From positions 418,921 through 482,920 of the forward strand of contig NMRA01000188.1 of assembly GCA_002633005.1 (NCBI GenBank): DNA of 64,000 nt, written 5' to 3'. Below are positions 11,960 through 24,276 of this stretch, in pieces. The translations under genes and the position numbers were made by a program. The DNA comes from Phoronis australis (taxonomy: Eukaryota > Animalia > Phoronida). The stretch's first letter is position 1. The number at the start of each line of letters is the position of its first letter. The notes under the pieces are model-generated. The model worked only from the letters and a program-made list of their open reading frames with translations. It ran no database searches and was not told the DNA's origin.

Positions 11960-13705
11960 ATTTTATATTGGTCTTTCATCCTCAAGGCATTATCATACTT
12001 TAACTTTGGCCCAAGGTTCATTGAAACGATCAAAACACTCTACAACAAATCTTTTCTTTGTGTTCTCCAACATGGATTTTTCTTTGAATGTTTTGAAATG
12101 GGGAGAGGCTGTCGTCAAGGAGACCCCATATCTCCTTACCTTTTTATTATGTGTAGAAATATTGGGTAATTTAATTTGTCGGGATGGTGGCATCACTGGG
12201 GTCAAGATAGGTGTTTCTGAGTTTAAATTGATCCAGTACGCTGACGACACTTGTTTAATTTTGGACGGTTCTGAGTTATCTCTTAGATCATCTTTGAATT
12301 CATTTGACTAATTTGCGAAATTTTCTGGTTTGAAGCCAAACATCGAGAAAACAAGATGTGTTTGGATTGGCTCAAAAAAGACTCTCACGAAAAATTTTGT
12401 GTCAATGAGAACCTGTTATGGACCAACAAACCTTTCATATTTTTGGGAATAAACTTCTCCACTGATTATAATACAATGCCGAGTATTAACTACAGTTGCA
12501 GGTTTTTGGAAATTATGAAAATGATGGGCTCTTAGTCAAGACGAATTCTTACTGTTTTAGGTAAAATAACCGTGGTTAAGACACTTTTATTGCCCAAGAT
12601 TGTTCATTTGCTTCAATCCCTCCCTAGCCCCTCCACTGACATGACTCAAGAATTAGAGCGAGATACTTTGGCTTCATTTGGAATGGGAAGAATGACAGAG
12701 TTAGCCGAAAAGAAATTGTACAGAATCAGGATCATGGTGGTCTAAAATGGTTCGTGTATTAGTTATGGGGTAGGTACTTCTTGGATCCTTATAACATCTT
12801 CTAACCATGTAATAAGGGTTAACAACGCGTGAGAGAAGGACTTTAATGCTGAAGGTTCTTTTTATGTCATACGAACAACTTTGTAACAGTTATTATAACT
12901 TTCAACCTCCAATACTAGAATTCTATGGATTAAGAAGTGCAAACTTTGCAGCGTAGAGGGGTCTTAAGAATAGACAAGACAATATCTTATTACCAAATTT
13001 CCCAAGTAATATGTATAAAATTTTACATAATAAATCACAAGCGGTAAATATTTATGACACCTTGGTACAGTCAGTTCAGACAGCTAGTAAGTATAAAAAC
13101 AAGTGGTCATCTGAGATAGATATAAACGGTGTTATAAATAATATAAATTTTAGTGACTCTGATACATGGTGGAGAAAAGTAAATAAACTCCCCTTCAATT
13201 ATACAAAAGATACAAAATTGCGTTAGTTTCATTACCGCTTAATTCACAGAATATTGCCAACTAATAGTTATTTACATAAAATTAAAATAAAAACAAGTGA
13301 TTTATGCTCTTTCTGTGGTGAATACAGTGAAACTTTTCTCCATCTGTTTTGGGAATGTCGTCTTGTCTCCGGTTTCTGGCTCCTGTTTGCTGATTGGTTA
13401 AAACAAACATATCATGTAAATTTTCATGTAGACAAGATAGCAGTGTTTTTTGGTTTTTTGGGAAACATTCAGTCGGAAAAATGTAATATTAATTTGTTGA
13501 TCATGCTAGCAAAAAATCACATATTTAGTCAAAAGTTTGTTAAAAAAATCTTAATATCGAATTGTTCATTAACTTTATTAAATTACATCCTGAAGGAAAT
13601 ACGGTACTTGTTGAGTAATGATTTAATGTTATTTAAACGATGTATAGTATATTGTTTTTATGACTTGTAATTATCATGCTAGAACAAAATGAAAATATAA
13701 AAAAG
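11960..13705 (+). mobile_element. 5'-truncated L1/Tx1-clade LINE (RT fragment plus C-terminal zinc knuckle), degenerate
   Basis: GRGCRQGDPISPYLF, QYADD and CSFCGEYSETFLHLFWEC motifs; frameshifts and stops; A-rich end near 13700. Confidence 0.9.
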
Positions 13706-14110
13706 GATTCTATAGGAAATTTAATAACGTGTTCAGTAGGATTCTATAGGAAGTTCAATAGGCTTCTATGAAGCAATTAACACATTTGTATTAAGAACAA
13801 ACCTGAATATTAAAATTTACAAAAATTAATGACTCAGAAGAGCTGAAAGTAGATAAAAACAAATCGATATCTTACTATGTACTCTTAGGCTATTTGTTTG
13901 TTAAAATGTTTAGAAATCAGATTTCTGAAAAATTTTCATACGATTTTTTCTATAGGAAATCTTGATCCTATAATAATCCAATAGGAAATGATATTCCTAT
14001 AGGAAATCTTGATCCTATAGGAATCCTATAGGAAATCAGTATTCCTATAGGAATTGCTATAGGATCCTATAGGAATTGCTATAGGATCCTATGTGAATTC
14101 CTATAGGTTC
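13706..14110. repeat. Third TCCTATAGGA array adjoining the right TIR
   Basis: Repeated gatcctataggaattgctatagga units ending before TTTTCGTATGGG. Confidence 0.85.
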
Positions 14111-14139
14111 CTACTGAATATTTTCGTATGGGTATGTTG

Positions 14140-14450
14140 GTGTTGTTATTTTGAGGAAGGAAGTTGACGAATTCTGTCATCTATGGAAAACACAAAAGAT
14201 GCGGCGATTCAGGAATATGTACTTGAATAATGGGAGGCCATTTTTGATGTACGCTCTTCCTGAAACGTATGGGGCTATAAACGAACACGAAATTTTAGCC
14301 TGGCACCAGGAGTGTACCTTTAAGCGTGACTCTTACTGCGCTGACGACTTCTATTAGTAGATAGCATAACACGGATTAGAAACGTCCAGCGACGCTATAC
14401 ACAGGCTGCAGGCTTGTACATCCAGTGTAGAGACATCATTGCAGGTCCAC
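14140..14450 (+). mobile_element. C-terminal remnant of an integrase-core (IS3EU-like) transposase
   Basis: LRKEVDEFCHLWKTQKMRR...NGRPFLMYALPETYG followed by A.GLY.QCR. This fits my recollection of the ELD.F...WN.H.IR...G.P..MY.LPE.YG tail of IS3EU-type transposases. Confidence 0.55.
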
Positions 14451-16249
14451 TGTATATTGTATTTTATATGTATGCTACTATGATGGTGTGTCGTATTTCG
14501 TCGCATTTAGGCGCATGGGCCTCTATTCGAAGGCATAAAGTTTCAAAAAGTGAGCCTAACAAAATGTCTAAACCGAGTGACAATCCCTTTTCGTTGTCTC
14601 GACTCTTCTCTCGTGACGATTTTTTATTGCTCAAGACGAATTCAAAAAAGGTAGTTAAGATCCCACACTGTGTGTTTATAAATAAAATTGACATACCTGA
14701 TGTGAATGTCTGCAGTGAAATGTAAATAGGAATTATTGAGTATTTATTTAGAAAAATAAAACTCTAATTAAAATGTACTACCTTTACATCACTCAATTCA
14801 AACAAGTCTCATAAATTATTAATAGTGTCGTACTGGCAACTGTCAACAACGTGGTTACAACACTTCTTGATTTTGGCTAGAATTTTCTAGTTGCCAGTCA
14901 GCAAATGAACCCTACCAACTCTTGAGTGGTCACATTCATTAAACAAGTGAAACAGAATGTGAATAAACCAGTTGGGCCGACTCGATGGCAGGGACAATCC
15001 CTGAGGAAATTGTTTTTGTTAATATTTATTAAATATACAGCATTAAGTACGTAATAATAGTTTCGACTTGGATTTTGCATTTTGAAAACAGACTCCAGGC
15101 CATGATGCTTAGACGTTGGCAATTTTCAATGGTGTTGAAAACACTTACGATTTGAGTGGAAAATGTCCTCTTGGCGTGTTCGTGTTAATTCCTGGTTTTC
15201 ACAGTTACTGGGCTCTGGTAAAACGCAATGGTTCTTTAACCTCTAATTCTCTAACTCAGTTTCAATTTGGTTTCTGTTTGATGTAACGAATTACTGAAAA
15301 GTATCAGTTCTCAGAGGCCGCTCAAGGGAATAACAAGTAAAGGTGAAAACCAAAATTCGCCACTTCTACTGTTCTTTTCCAAGGCTTGTGTATTGAATAG
15401 AGTAATTCAATGCTGTTTTCTGTAGACATGCATTTTTTAAATTAAATGACAGTGTTCATCATGTTCTCACAATTCGCCAGTATTTCAAACAACTCAAAGT
15501 GCCATGGACCGCGAAAACTCATAAAAATATGTTTTAAACAATTCTTGACAAAACTACTTTCTTACAAACTTTATACACTTTCCCTTGTGAGGAAATTTCC
15601 AGAAAAATTACACAATTCACGGTTTTTGAAAATAGTGTGAAGAAAAAACTTTGAGGTAAGCACAGAGTACCTCTAATCTCCCTCCCACTTATGATAAATG
15701 CTCGCATGCGTTCACAGTCATCCGACTAACAGCTGACTCGGTGACAAGATATGGAAGACCTACAGTGCTGTGGAGTGAATACCTTGCCATCCAATGTGCT
15801 TTGTACCACGTGACGTGATGGAGCTAATGATTGTGTTCTATTAATGTTACCCACTTTGGAACGTCTGACTTGGATCTGTCGAGCGGCTATTAGCTTCTTA
15901 CCATCTGGACACTTCTTCATGTTTCTTGCGATTACTATGCCTGGACATAACTGTGCCATATATGTGCTTTGTGCCTGCGTCTGTGATCATTCATGATTGG
16001 AACATTTCTGGGGATTTGATCATATACCTGATTTGAACTATTACCTATGGAAACTATACGTCTGAGGACGGTGCTTCGTTAAACAACCGCAGGGATTTAC
16101 AAGATACGACGAGACAAGAGGGCTGACAGTGGGAGGGTGAGCAAGAAAAGAGGACCTTTTTATCTAAACTAATCAACTCAGATATAGGAAGAAAAGAAGG
16201 AAAGGCGTGCAACTGAAAGTAAATAAAAGAAGCATTTATTTGGGCACAG

Positions 16250-16910
16250 AGTATTATCGCTGGGAATCTTTCCGAAGTGAACTATCTGAGTGAGGAAAGT
16301 GTGCTTAAGAAGATTTAGGTGGTCAAACCTGGTGATAGATTGAATGTAATTATTCATTATCAGAATGTAAAGTCACGTCACCTTGTCATGATAAATAACT
16401 CCAATAGTGAAAGATTGCAACACCAGTGGCCAGATGTAATGTTGTTTACCAATTCACATGTCATTTGGACGAATGTCTTCGTCCTCATTCTCGTGAACAG
16501 CGTTACATATCGAATATACGGTGTGTTCCCTCTCCCAACAGTTGTCCATGCACTTGCAGGGCGGATCTGTTCAAGATCATTTTTTACATCAACATGGCCG
16601 AAAAATAACTGGGCAAGAAATATTAAAGAATACCATTATTCGTTATGTTGAAAATGACACGCATTTTGGAAACCCTGTTGATCAGTCACGAAAAACATGC
16701 GCGGAACGAGAATGTCATAGATGTGTAGAGCACGCTGGCCCTCTTCCTTTAGGCTTGTGAGCTTCCAAGCGTGTTCTATAGTCACACTCTCTGCTTGCCC
16801 CTTTTCGTGGTGTCACCGTGTATTTTACTGATTATTTCGCTTCGTATTATGTTCATTTAACTCACTGCCTGATGATGAGACATGCGGTCTCAAAATATAG
16901 CTAGTGTTTT
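16250..16910 (+). mobile_element. Penelope-like element 3' remnant (GIY-YIG endonuclease) ending in a hammerhead motif
   Basis: NVVYQFTC...C...YI and LSQQLSMHLQGGSVQDHFLHQHG...ILKNTII are PLE GIY-YIG-like. A paralogous copy lies at 57050-57720. Confidence 0.75.
16863..16906 (+). ncRNA. Minimal type I hammerhead ribozyme remnant (GAAA mutated to AAAA)
   Basis: CACTGC-CTGATGA-T-GAGAC-atgcg-GTCTC-AAAA-TATA-GC-t-AGTG: stems I and II pair, and catalytic G12 is replaced by A. Confidence 0.6.
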
Positions 16911-18412
16911 AATTAGTTTGTTTGTTATGTCTCTCATTGTTTTGGTACATAGCTGCACACCTGATGAAAGGAGATTGCTTCGACACTACGAGCGAATCTG
17001 TATTAGCTGTCAAACAAGAAGTCCAGTCTTGTCTTTAACTAAGTTTGTGTTAACGAAGGGCTGCTACAGAACTATACATGCATAAATATACAAAGCCTGA
17101 CACATACATAGCTACGCAGATAAATATGCGATTAGTTTTCCGTAAGTTACGAGAACACCTCTGTTCATAAAATTTTCATTAATAATTGCAAAACAAACAT
17201 TTAGGAATTTTAATGATTTTGCACACAAAATGTCGTTTTGGAAAACTCCTAGCGTACATATTGGCTGATAGGTTGTCGAAATTAGGTGCAGATTTTCGTT
17301 CACAATCTAAATTACGTCAGTGTTTACATGGCAACTTTGTATCAACTAAAAATGACAAAATGAGAATGAAACAATGAAGTTAAGCTTCATTTCATAACTA
17401 CAACACTAAGTCAAGCGGATAACCGAAAATCCACAGCTCATAGACAAACTCTCGCATAATCTCAGTGTCACAAACTCTAACACTAGAATGCCGAGGTCAA
17501 GCGCGGCACTTGTCGTTACAATCCTTCTACAGGTTTATGGTGTCAACTAAAACTGAACATGGTGTTACCGAATGAACCTGGAGGTCGAAATTGATGCAAA
17601 ACCATGTGCGCACCCATCCTAATACATGTATATAGGGGGGCTCGAATTCTTGACAATGGGGAAGTTTTACTGACAAAATAAACGGAGGACTAAGAAAAGA
17701 AAACGGGATAACAAATAAATTGCACATTCGCGCTTTATAATAGACTGTTGTCTCGTTTACTAGGACTTTTTGTTTCACTGAGGCGGACTTTTATGCCCAG
17801 TTCGCTAAATGGAGGGAGCATTTAAGCCCCCCCTCCCCTGGATGCGCGCATAAAAACACATCGTTTGTTGGTGACATGATGTGGTTATTTAGGACCTGGC
17901 CGACTCACTTCGGAAGTACTGAACGTCATAACTGAGAAACGGCTGATCGGATTCAAACTTCCAGATATCATACTTTAGCCACTGTACTTCAAAGAGTTTT
18001 TAGGAATTTCCTTTAAATGTTATGCTATTGATACCGTTGCTTTGCTATAAATGCATCTTTCTTTTTCTGTTTAATTCTACCAAAATATGCCCAATTAATG
18101 GCTGGTTGGCATAAAGTAATAAACTTAACTTTCACGGGTTTTCTAATTTCAGAAAATATATATTTATAAATATTACCGACAGATATTTGGCAAAATACAC
18201 GGACTTGTCTATAAGGTTAAACGTTACCTTAAACACTGTGGTTATACAGTCAAAAGGCAAGCCTGATTCCGCCTTCAAATTAACTGACAAATTAATCCTA
18301 GTTAATATCATGTTGGCTTGATTTGAATGGTTATTCCGAGCTAATCTGCGGCGGGATATAATCTAAACTTTTTAATTTTTGTCAGTAGCAAGCGCAGCCC
18401 TTTGCGGCAAAT

Positions 18413-19394
18413 TTACGAATACATTAGCTTGCTAAGTCTTCTAAGTAGCAAGTGCTGCAGCGGAAAATTTCACATCGCCAGTTGTAAATAAAGAAGTTGA
18501 TGAGACTGCCACACGTCATTATCCAGTAAGCTATGAATAGGGCCACTCTCATCTGGGCGCTGTACTCCTTGTGTGGGTCGTAGCCACCTTTCAGTATCAC
18601 TTGTATTACCAACACTGGAATGTAACACAAATCCGCCGATGAGCAGAGGACTAGTGACAAAGTGTTTCAGTTTTTGTTGACTGCACATCAACTCGTGTTT
18701 TATAACCTCCTCCGAATACGCCAGCGTTGATGGGAACTGGTGCCACAAATGACCCGTTGGTGACGAGTGACAATCTTGCGCACTTTCCAGAAGCACACGA
18801 ACATGATTATCAGTGGAATTCCTATTTCTGCCGAAGTGCCTGTTACTTGAGTGGTATTACCAGGTTGATAAGACGAAGCGCATGATTTCACGGGTGACAC
18901 ATAGGTGTAAGTTCTCCACCCGGTGGGTGGCTGGATACAAGCCAACGCTATTGAGACAAACTGAACAAATATCAAACCAATTTGTTTTCTTTTGTCATGA
19001 AGAGTATGTAACGAATACCCTCTGTTATTCTGAAGAATCGGTCCAGAGTGGTCATGGCAAGAGTTGTAATGGATAAGTAGAACGCCAAAGTTTTTACAGT
19101 GCCGATGAATGTGCACAATGCGTCGCCGTACCGCCTTATTCCGTGAAAGAAACTAAACCGATGGCTAAATCGGTAGAACTTATCTCCAACATGAAGATAT
19201 CGCCAAATGCTTGGAGGTTGCTAACTGAATAAAAACTGAAACGGATTGACAATGAGTACAAAATAAACTGATGCTGGCAATGACGGTGACGTAAAGCCAT
19301 CCGAGCTGCTGGTCGCAAGGACAACTACTGACGTTCGAGTTGTGTTATGGTTTAGCCAGAAATCGAACTGCTCATTTTCACCGTCCATCGACAT
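18413..19394 (-). pseudogene. Class A GPCR pseudogene (copy A)
   Basis: Same start MSMDGENEQFDFWLNHNTTRT as the intact copy at 61053-62081. Split into several ORFs by indels, including a 22-nt deletion near 19144 and a 5-nt deletion near 18629. Confidence 0.9.
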
Positions 19395-20177
19395 TGTGTC
19401 TGCCAGCTTGAATCTGTATGCTTCAGCCGACCACGCACCTTCTGGCCACGCCAATACTGCTCACGTTCCTCGTAATTTATACCTACTCAGGAAAATATAA
19501 TTGGCGTCACGATATGATTGACACTTTGGGTTACATCAGAGGCAGATGTTTGGTCATCAAACAAGTGGTGAAACGCCGAGAAAAACGGCTGTGAATTAAG
19601 TGGGCATCGATTGCAACTTGAGGTCAAAATTCCTTCAGAATGTGCGTTATTATGTTCCAATTTCTGTTGATGTACTAGAAATAAAGCTGACATTTAATGC
19701 ATGTTTAGAAAATATGACATACCTGTTTGTTTACAGCGTAATTATAATCATTTTTGTGAAATTGTGAAGCACAACAGACAACAAATATGACTGCCACGTG
19801 GACGGAGCCTAGCGTTGATCTCTTGTCTGCTATCCACTATTTTTGTTAACGACCTCCCTACTGTCCTCCACAACAGGGTCCCAGTTTTATACGCTGATGA
19901 CACAGCAATTATGTCCACAGCTGGATCGGTAAAAGAACTCAAAACTTCTCTAAACGATGAGCTAGCCCTTATCCACGACTGGCTGATTCAAAATAAACTC
20001 ACTCTTAACGTTAGTAAAACCAAGTCGATGCTGTTTGGAACCCCGGCCCACCAGAAATTAAAACAACAAAAACTATCCCTTTCTATCAACGGTTCTCCCA
20101 GCGAGAATGTTGACAAGTTTAAGTACTTGGGCCTTACTTTAGATCCCAATCTTAAATTTAATATGCACATAGATCAT

Positions 20178-21032
20178 TGTCACGTTTTTCCCCGTGTGTG
20201 GGTGGGCGCAGGTTGTTACTGACCGGTGCTAATAGCTTTCGGTGCGATGATTGACTGAAGACTGGTTCGAGTTAATCCTTTATTAATCCCGACCGTACGT
20301 TCGCAAGCCTACTCAAACAAAACGTCCGACGTAATGTCTGTTTATGCTCCAGCCAGTGCTGCGAAGCCTTGACTTGTGTTGAATTGTTACACTCGTTGAT
20401 TCTTGATTCAATAACCTGATGTCTCTATAGCTGGCTCTCTATTGACTATCGCTGTAACTGCTGATTCTCTTCACTGCAACTCAACTGTAGTTCTCCTGAT
20501 TAACTTTCTTGAACTGGCTTGATCTCACTTGATCTCCCGACTTGATCTTCTCTTCAATTGACTTGATCTGACTGACTTAATCTTCTTGGACTCAAGTGAC
20601 TAACACAAACCCGTGCTTGTGTATTTATAGCCTAATGCATTGTTCTGGAACTTTTCATCAACTCAAGCACATTCTAGAACTTTCCTGAATCTACCCAACT
20701 ATTCTACAAACATATACTAGTCTCTAGAATATTCCAGACTGCATTAATCACTGTCATGCTAGAGTCTTCTAGAAAGTTCCACACTATACTGCAGTAAACA
20801 AATTACATCATCACTGTTCTGACCTAAGTCTTCTAGAAAGTTCCACACTATTTTGTAGTAAACAAATTACATCATCACTACTGAACTCAGTCTACTAGAA
20901 AGTTCCATACTATTCTGTAGTAAACAAATTACATCATCATTGTACTTAACTCAGGGGTCATGCCAATCAAACTGAATAACAAAACAAAACAAAACAATAC
21001 AACTAATAATACTGTCAGACTATATTCTGACA
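20178..21032 (-). mobile_element. Solo LTR (855 bp) with 5-bp TSD ATCAT
   Basis: TGTCA...TGACA termini with ATCAT at 20173-20177 and 21033-21037. Removing it rejoins the LINE frame NMHIDH|ITKKLSRK. Minus-strand TATAAATA near 20625 and AATAAA near 20280. Confidence 0.9.
20763..20945. repeat. Three ~60 bp tandem repeats inside the solo LTR
   Basis: AGTCTTCTAGAAAGTTCCACACTA...GTAAACAAATTACATCATCA occurs three times. Confidence 0.85.
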
Positions 21033-23989
21033 ATCATATCACAAAGAAATTATCTAGGAAAATTGGTGTACTTAAACGTCTAGGCAAATTTCTTAATGTC
21101 AGAACTCTTAAGACCCTTTACCATTCTATTATTCAGCCTCATATTGATTATTTTTTACCGGTTTGGGGGCACACTAGTGACACTTTTGTCAGCAAAGTGC
21201 AAGTAATCCAAAATAGAGCCGCCAGGGCTATCCTGGGTACTAAAATTAGGGACACTAGGGTTGACGACTTGTATTCCAAGCTGGGATTAATGAAAATAAG
21301 ACAAAGAAATATATATCTCTCTGCCTGTAGTATGTACAGATGTATTAATGGCTTGGCTCCAGCATATCTCAGCAGTAAATTCAATAGCAGCCAGGCTGTA
21401 TATTCTACACGTTCTTCTGTTGCTGGCAATGTTTATTCTAAAAAATTAAAACCGAGACGGGCAAGAGATCTTTTATCTATGCAGCTGCTATAATATGGAA
21501 TTCTTTTAGCCCAGAAATTAAACGGTCCAATTCAATTACTACCTTTAAAGTAAATATTAAAAAGTGGCTGTAATTTACTTGACCTTTCATACCCTGCCTG
21601 TCTTAATCATGTCATTTTTTCATTGTCGTAAATACTCTCATTGTCTAGAATCATCTCTTAATTCATTTTATCTGTCTTAGTTAAATTTTGACCATTATTT
21701 GTCATTTAGTTATTGTCTTAATTCTCAACCTGTTTTAATTGTATCTTTGTTACGTATATTTCATTGTTGTTTTATTACTTCATTGTATTATATTACTGTT
21801 TTTCTTGTTGAGGGCCCTCTTGGAAAGCAGTGCTACCACTGAAGAGGCCACCCTCATTTTAAATATCACAATAATAAATAAATAAATAAATGCTGTGCTT
21901 GTGTGCCGACCACACATCATTAAAACCATGTGATGAGTGTTTATGTGACTGAACTCTCAGTGTGGTAACAGACTCTCTAACTATATAGACCTATTTGTTA
22001 GTATTCCAATGTTATAGGGACTTACCGTCCCTTCATCAACCAATACATGTGTTATATGAAACCATTGCGTTACTGTCTACACAACAATATTGGCGACGAG
22101 GATAAAGAAGTACTTTCATCGTAATGGTTCAACATTTTCACGTGCCTGTACCGCCAATATTTTGACCGAATGGACTTTGGGATGAGAAAATAGCACTTTC
22201 ACCACAAATAGCGTCGCTTGGGTGAGATTCCCAAGTTACCAAAGTTTCTTATATTGCTTTCTACTAAAATCGAATAATATCATGAGTTTTAATTCAGGGA
22301 TACGTTTGAATCTATGCACGAGAACAATTTTGTTATGTCGAACACTAGGTCATTTCTCTAATTCTTTGGATTACGGCCGGCGGCAAGTTAAAAAATCCTC
22401 TGAGTTTGGCAGCCTAGTTTCTCCATGGCGCGTTCCTAACACAGAAACACGGTTTATCTCCAAAACTCTACCCTGACAGCATGTAGTTGTCTCGCGCGCG
22501 GCGTGTCTTCACAGCGCGTGCATGCACTCTAATCGAATCGTGCAACACCACCCACGTCGACGCTCAGCGTCCTCTCGCAAGCCACCTCGCCTTTCCGACT
22601 TCTCTTGCACACGCACAGTTTCTGCACTGACTCCTCACACTGAGTGCAGTGATGGCCTCGGTAGAACTTGGCGTACTCAACTTAATTTTTTGCAGATGGA
22701 CAAACAGGCTCAGGTTCGTAACAGGAGCTAGTTCAGCATTTCACCACCAACTTTCACATGATCAAAAATAGAATTATTTTATTTTTGGCCTTGCTACATC
22801 ATCAATATCAGCTGGCGGGTACAGCACTCTCGATTGCCCGGTTACGCAATGTTTGCTAACAGGGTTAGATTAGAGTTAGTGTCCTGGTATAAGCTCCGCC
22901 CCACTTGTCAATCACTGAGCTGGTGAGCACTCAAGCCATATGACTTACTGAAGCTTGGTCAAATATAATTAAAAAAACAACTTTGGATTTTCAGAATGGT
23001 TTTATTTTTCTTCAGTATACTGTGCATGAAGAATTGAAGATTAGGATGATATAAAAATGTTAAAAAAGTCAAAATTAACTTTTTTGTGTATCCACCTACC
23101 TTAACAGAGAGCTGTGACCCCGATGACTCATCTAGCATTCTCATACTGTAGACTGTGGAATTCCAGAAATTCCAAATAAGTGAAGTTAACTTGACAAGTA
23201 TTGCTCTGCAGACTACATACTGACTTACATGTAGGGCTCAGGATACTAGCTCCCAAGCTTCCTTACCTTTAACCTAACTATGCATTGTTATGATTGGTTA
23301 GGGTCATGGCGCTAAGCGTCACCTACCGGATCAGGAATGTTTCAAATTTCTGGCGATGGACTTTTTGTACTCGACCGTGCCGCCTTCAGGTAGTACTCAG
23401 TAATTGTATGTTTGGGCTTGAAGAACGAGGTCGAGTCAGCTCTAACAGTGTGTTCCACAAGATCTACAAAACCTGAAAACTTGAAGAGTACAGTGGACCA
23501 AAGACTTCAAAAACTTTGCACACAGTCTATTGAAACTGATTTCCAAGTCACTTTTTCCATCTTTTACAACTACCGGAAGTGCAGCCGGCTACTTGAATAA
23601 ACGAGCCAAAATACGCCAAATCAGTAGTTTTCACCTTAAAATCACCCTTTGCATGCGATGACTAAGAACTGAGAGACAGTGCATGCAGACTGCCAAAACT
23701 CTCCAACTTCCAGAAATTATATGAAAAGTGGATGTCGACCAATCAGGATTTTCTGAAGGGGTTTGAATTTCCTGGTCATAGTAAATTTCAACTTCCGCCT
23801 GCAAGCTGTAGGATTTAAGAAAAGCCACGGGTGAACAAAAAGTGGGTCAAGGGGACAACAGCTGACAATTTTCCACTTAATTAGAACAAAAATCTTTTAA
23901 AAATTTGGTCTAGAAGAAAAGTTTCCTTTTTGGGGAAAGTTACGATGGTAAAGACCTTGATTGTGTCGAAAATTATTCACTCAATAACA

Positions 23990-24275
23990 CCTCTGCCTAG
24001 TACATCATTATGAATGAATTGAACGCAACCCTTTTCAATTTTATTTGGAATAACAAAGCTGAGAGATTAAAGAGAGGTGTTTTAATTAAAACCTATGAGA
24101 AGGAAGGAGTGAAAATGGTGAATATAATTCTTTTTAACAAGGTTATACAAATTTCATGGATAAAAACTACTTACCTCTGAATCAAAATGGATGAAATTAT
24201 TGGAACTTGAAACGGGCATTGCAAAGTCAAAATTATAAATTTTGGAAATAGCTCAACAAGTTTATGGCATAATGA
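23990..24275 (+). mobile_element. Short L1/Tx1 ORF2 fragment
   Basis: ELNATLFNFIWNNKAERLKRGVLIKTYEKEGVKMVNI matches the post-RT FIW..K..R....GGL region of L1/Tx1. Confidence 0.7.
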
Positions 24276-24276
24276 T

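Larger units (their letters stand above)
2002..14132. mobile_element. Putative TIR DNA transposon with CCC termini and subterminal TCCTATAGGA arrays (EnSpm/CMC-like), heavily nested
   Basis: Left end TA|CCCTTACGAAAA (2000-2013) is the inverse of right end TTTTCGTATGGG|TA (14121-14134), and both ends are flanked by TA. Palindromic 10-11 bp TCCTATAGGA arrays lie inside both ends. A third array ending near 10420 means the two ends could belong to different copies. Confidence 0.5.
19830..21890 (+). mobile_element. 5'-truncated L2/CR1-group LINE interrupted by a solo LTR
   Basis: FVNDLP..LYADDT, NKLTLNVSKTK.M, FKYLG and IIQPHIDY..VWG motifs. 3' GAGGGCCCTCTTGGAAAGCAG stem-loop and (TAAA)n tail at 21872-21890. 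Confidence 0.9.

Noticed and set aside
16062-16100. Hammerhead at CTGAGGA-CGGTG
   Set aside because: No GAAA after the putative stem II, and the paralogous site near 56872 lacks the core.
16961-16995. Second hammerhead at CTGATGA-AAGGAG..CTTC-GACAC
   Set aside because: GAAA is absent in both paralogs and CTGATGA is lost in the 57775 copy; too degenerate to call.
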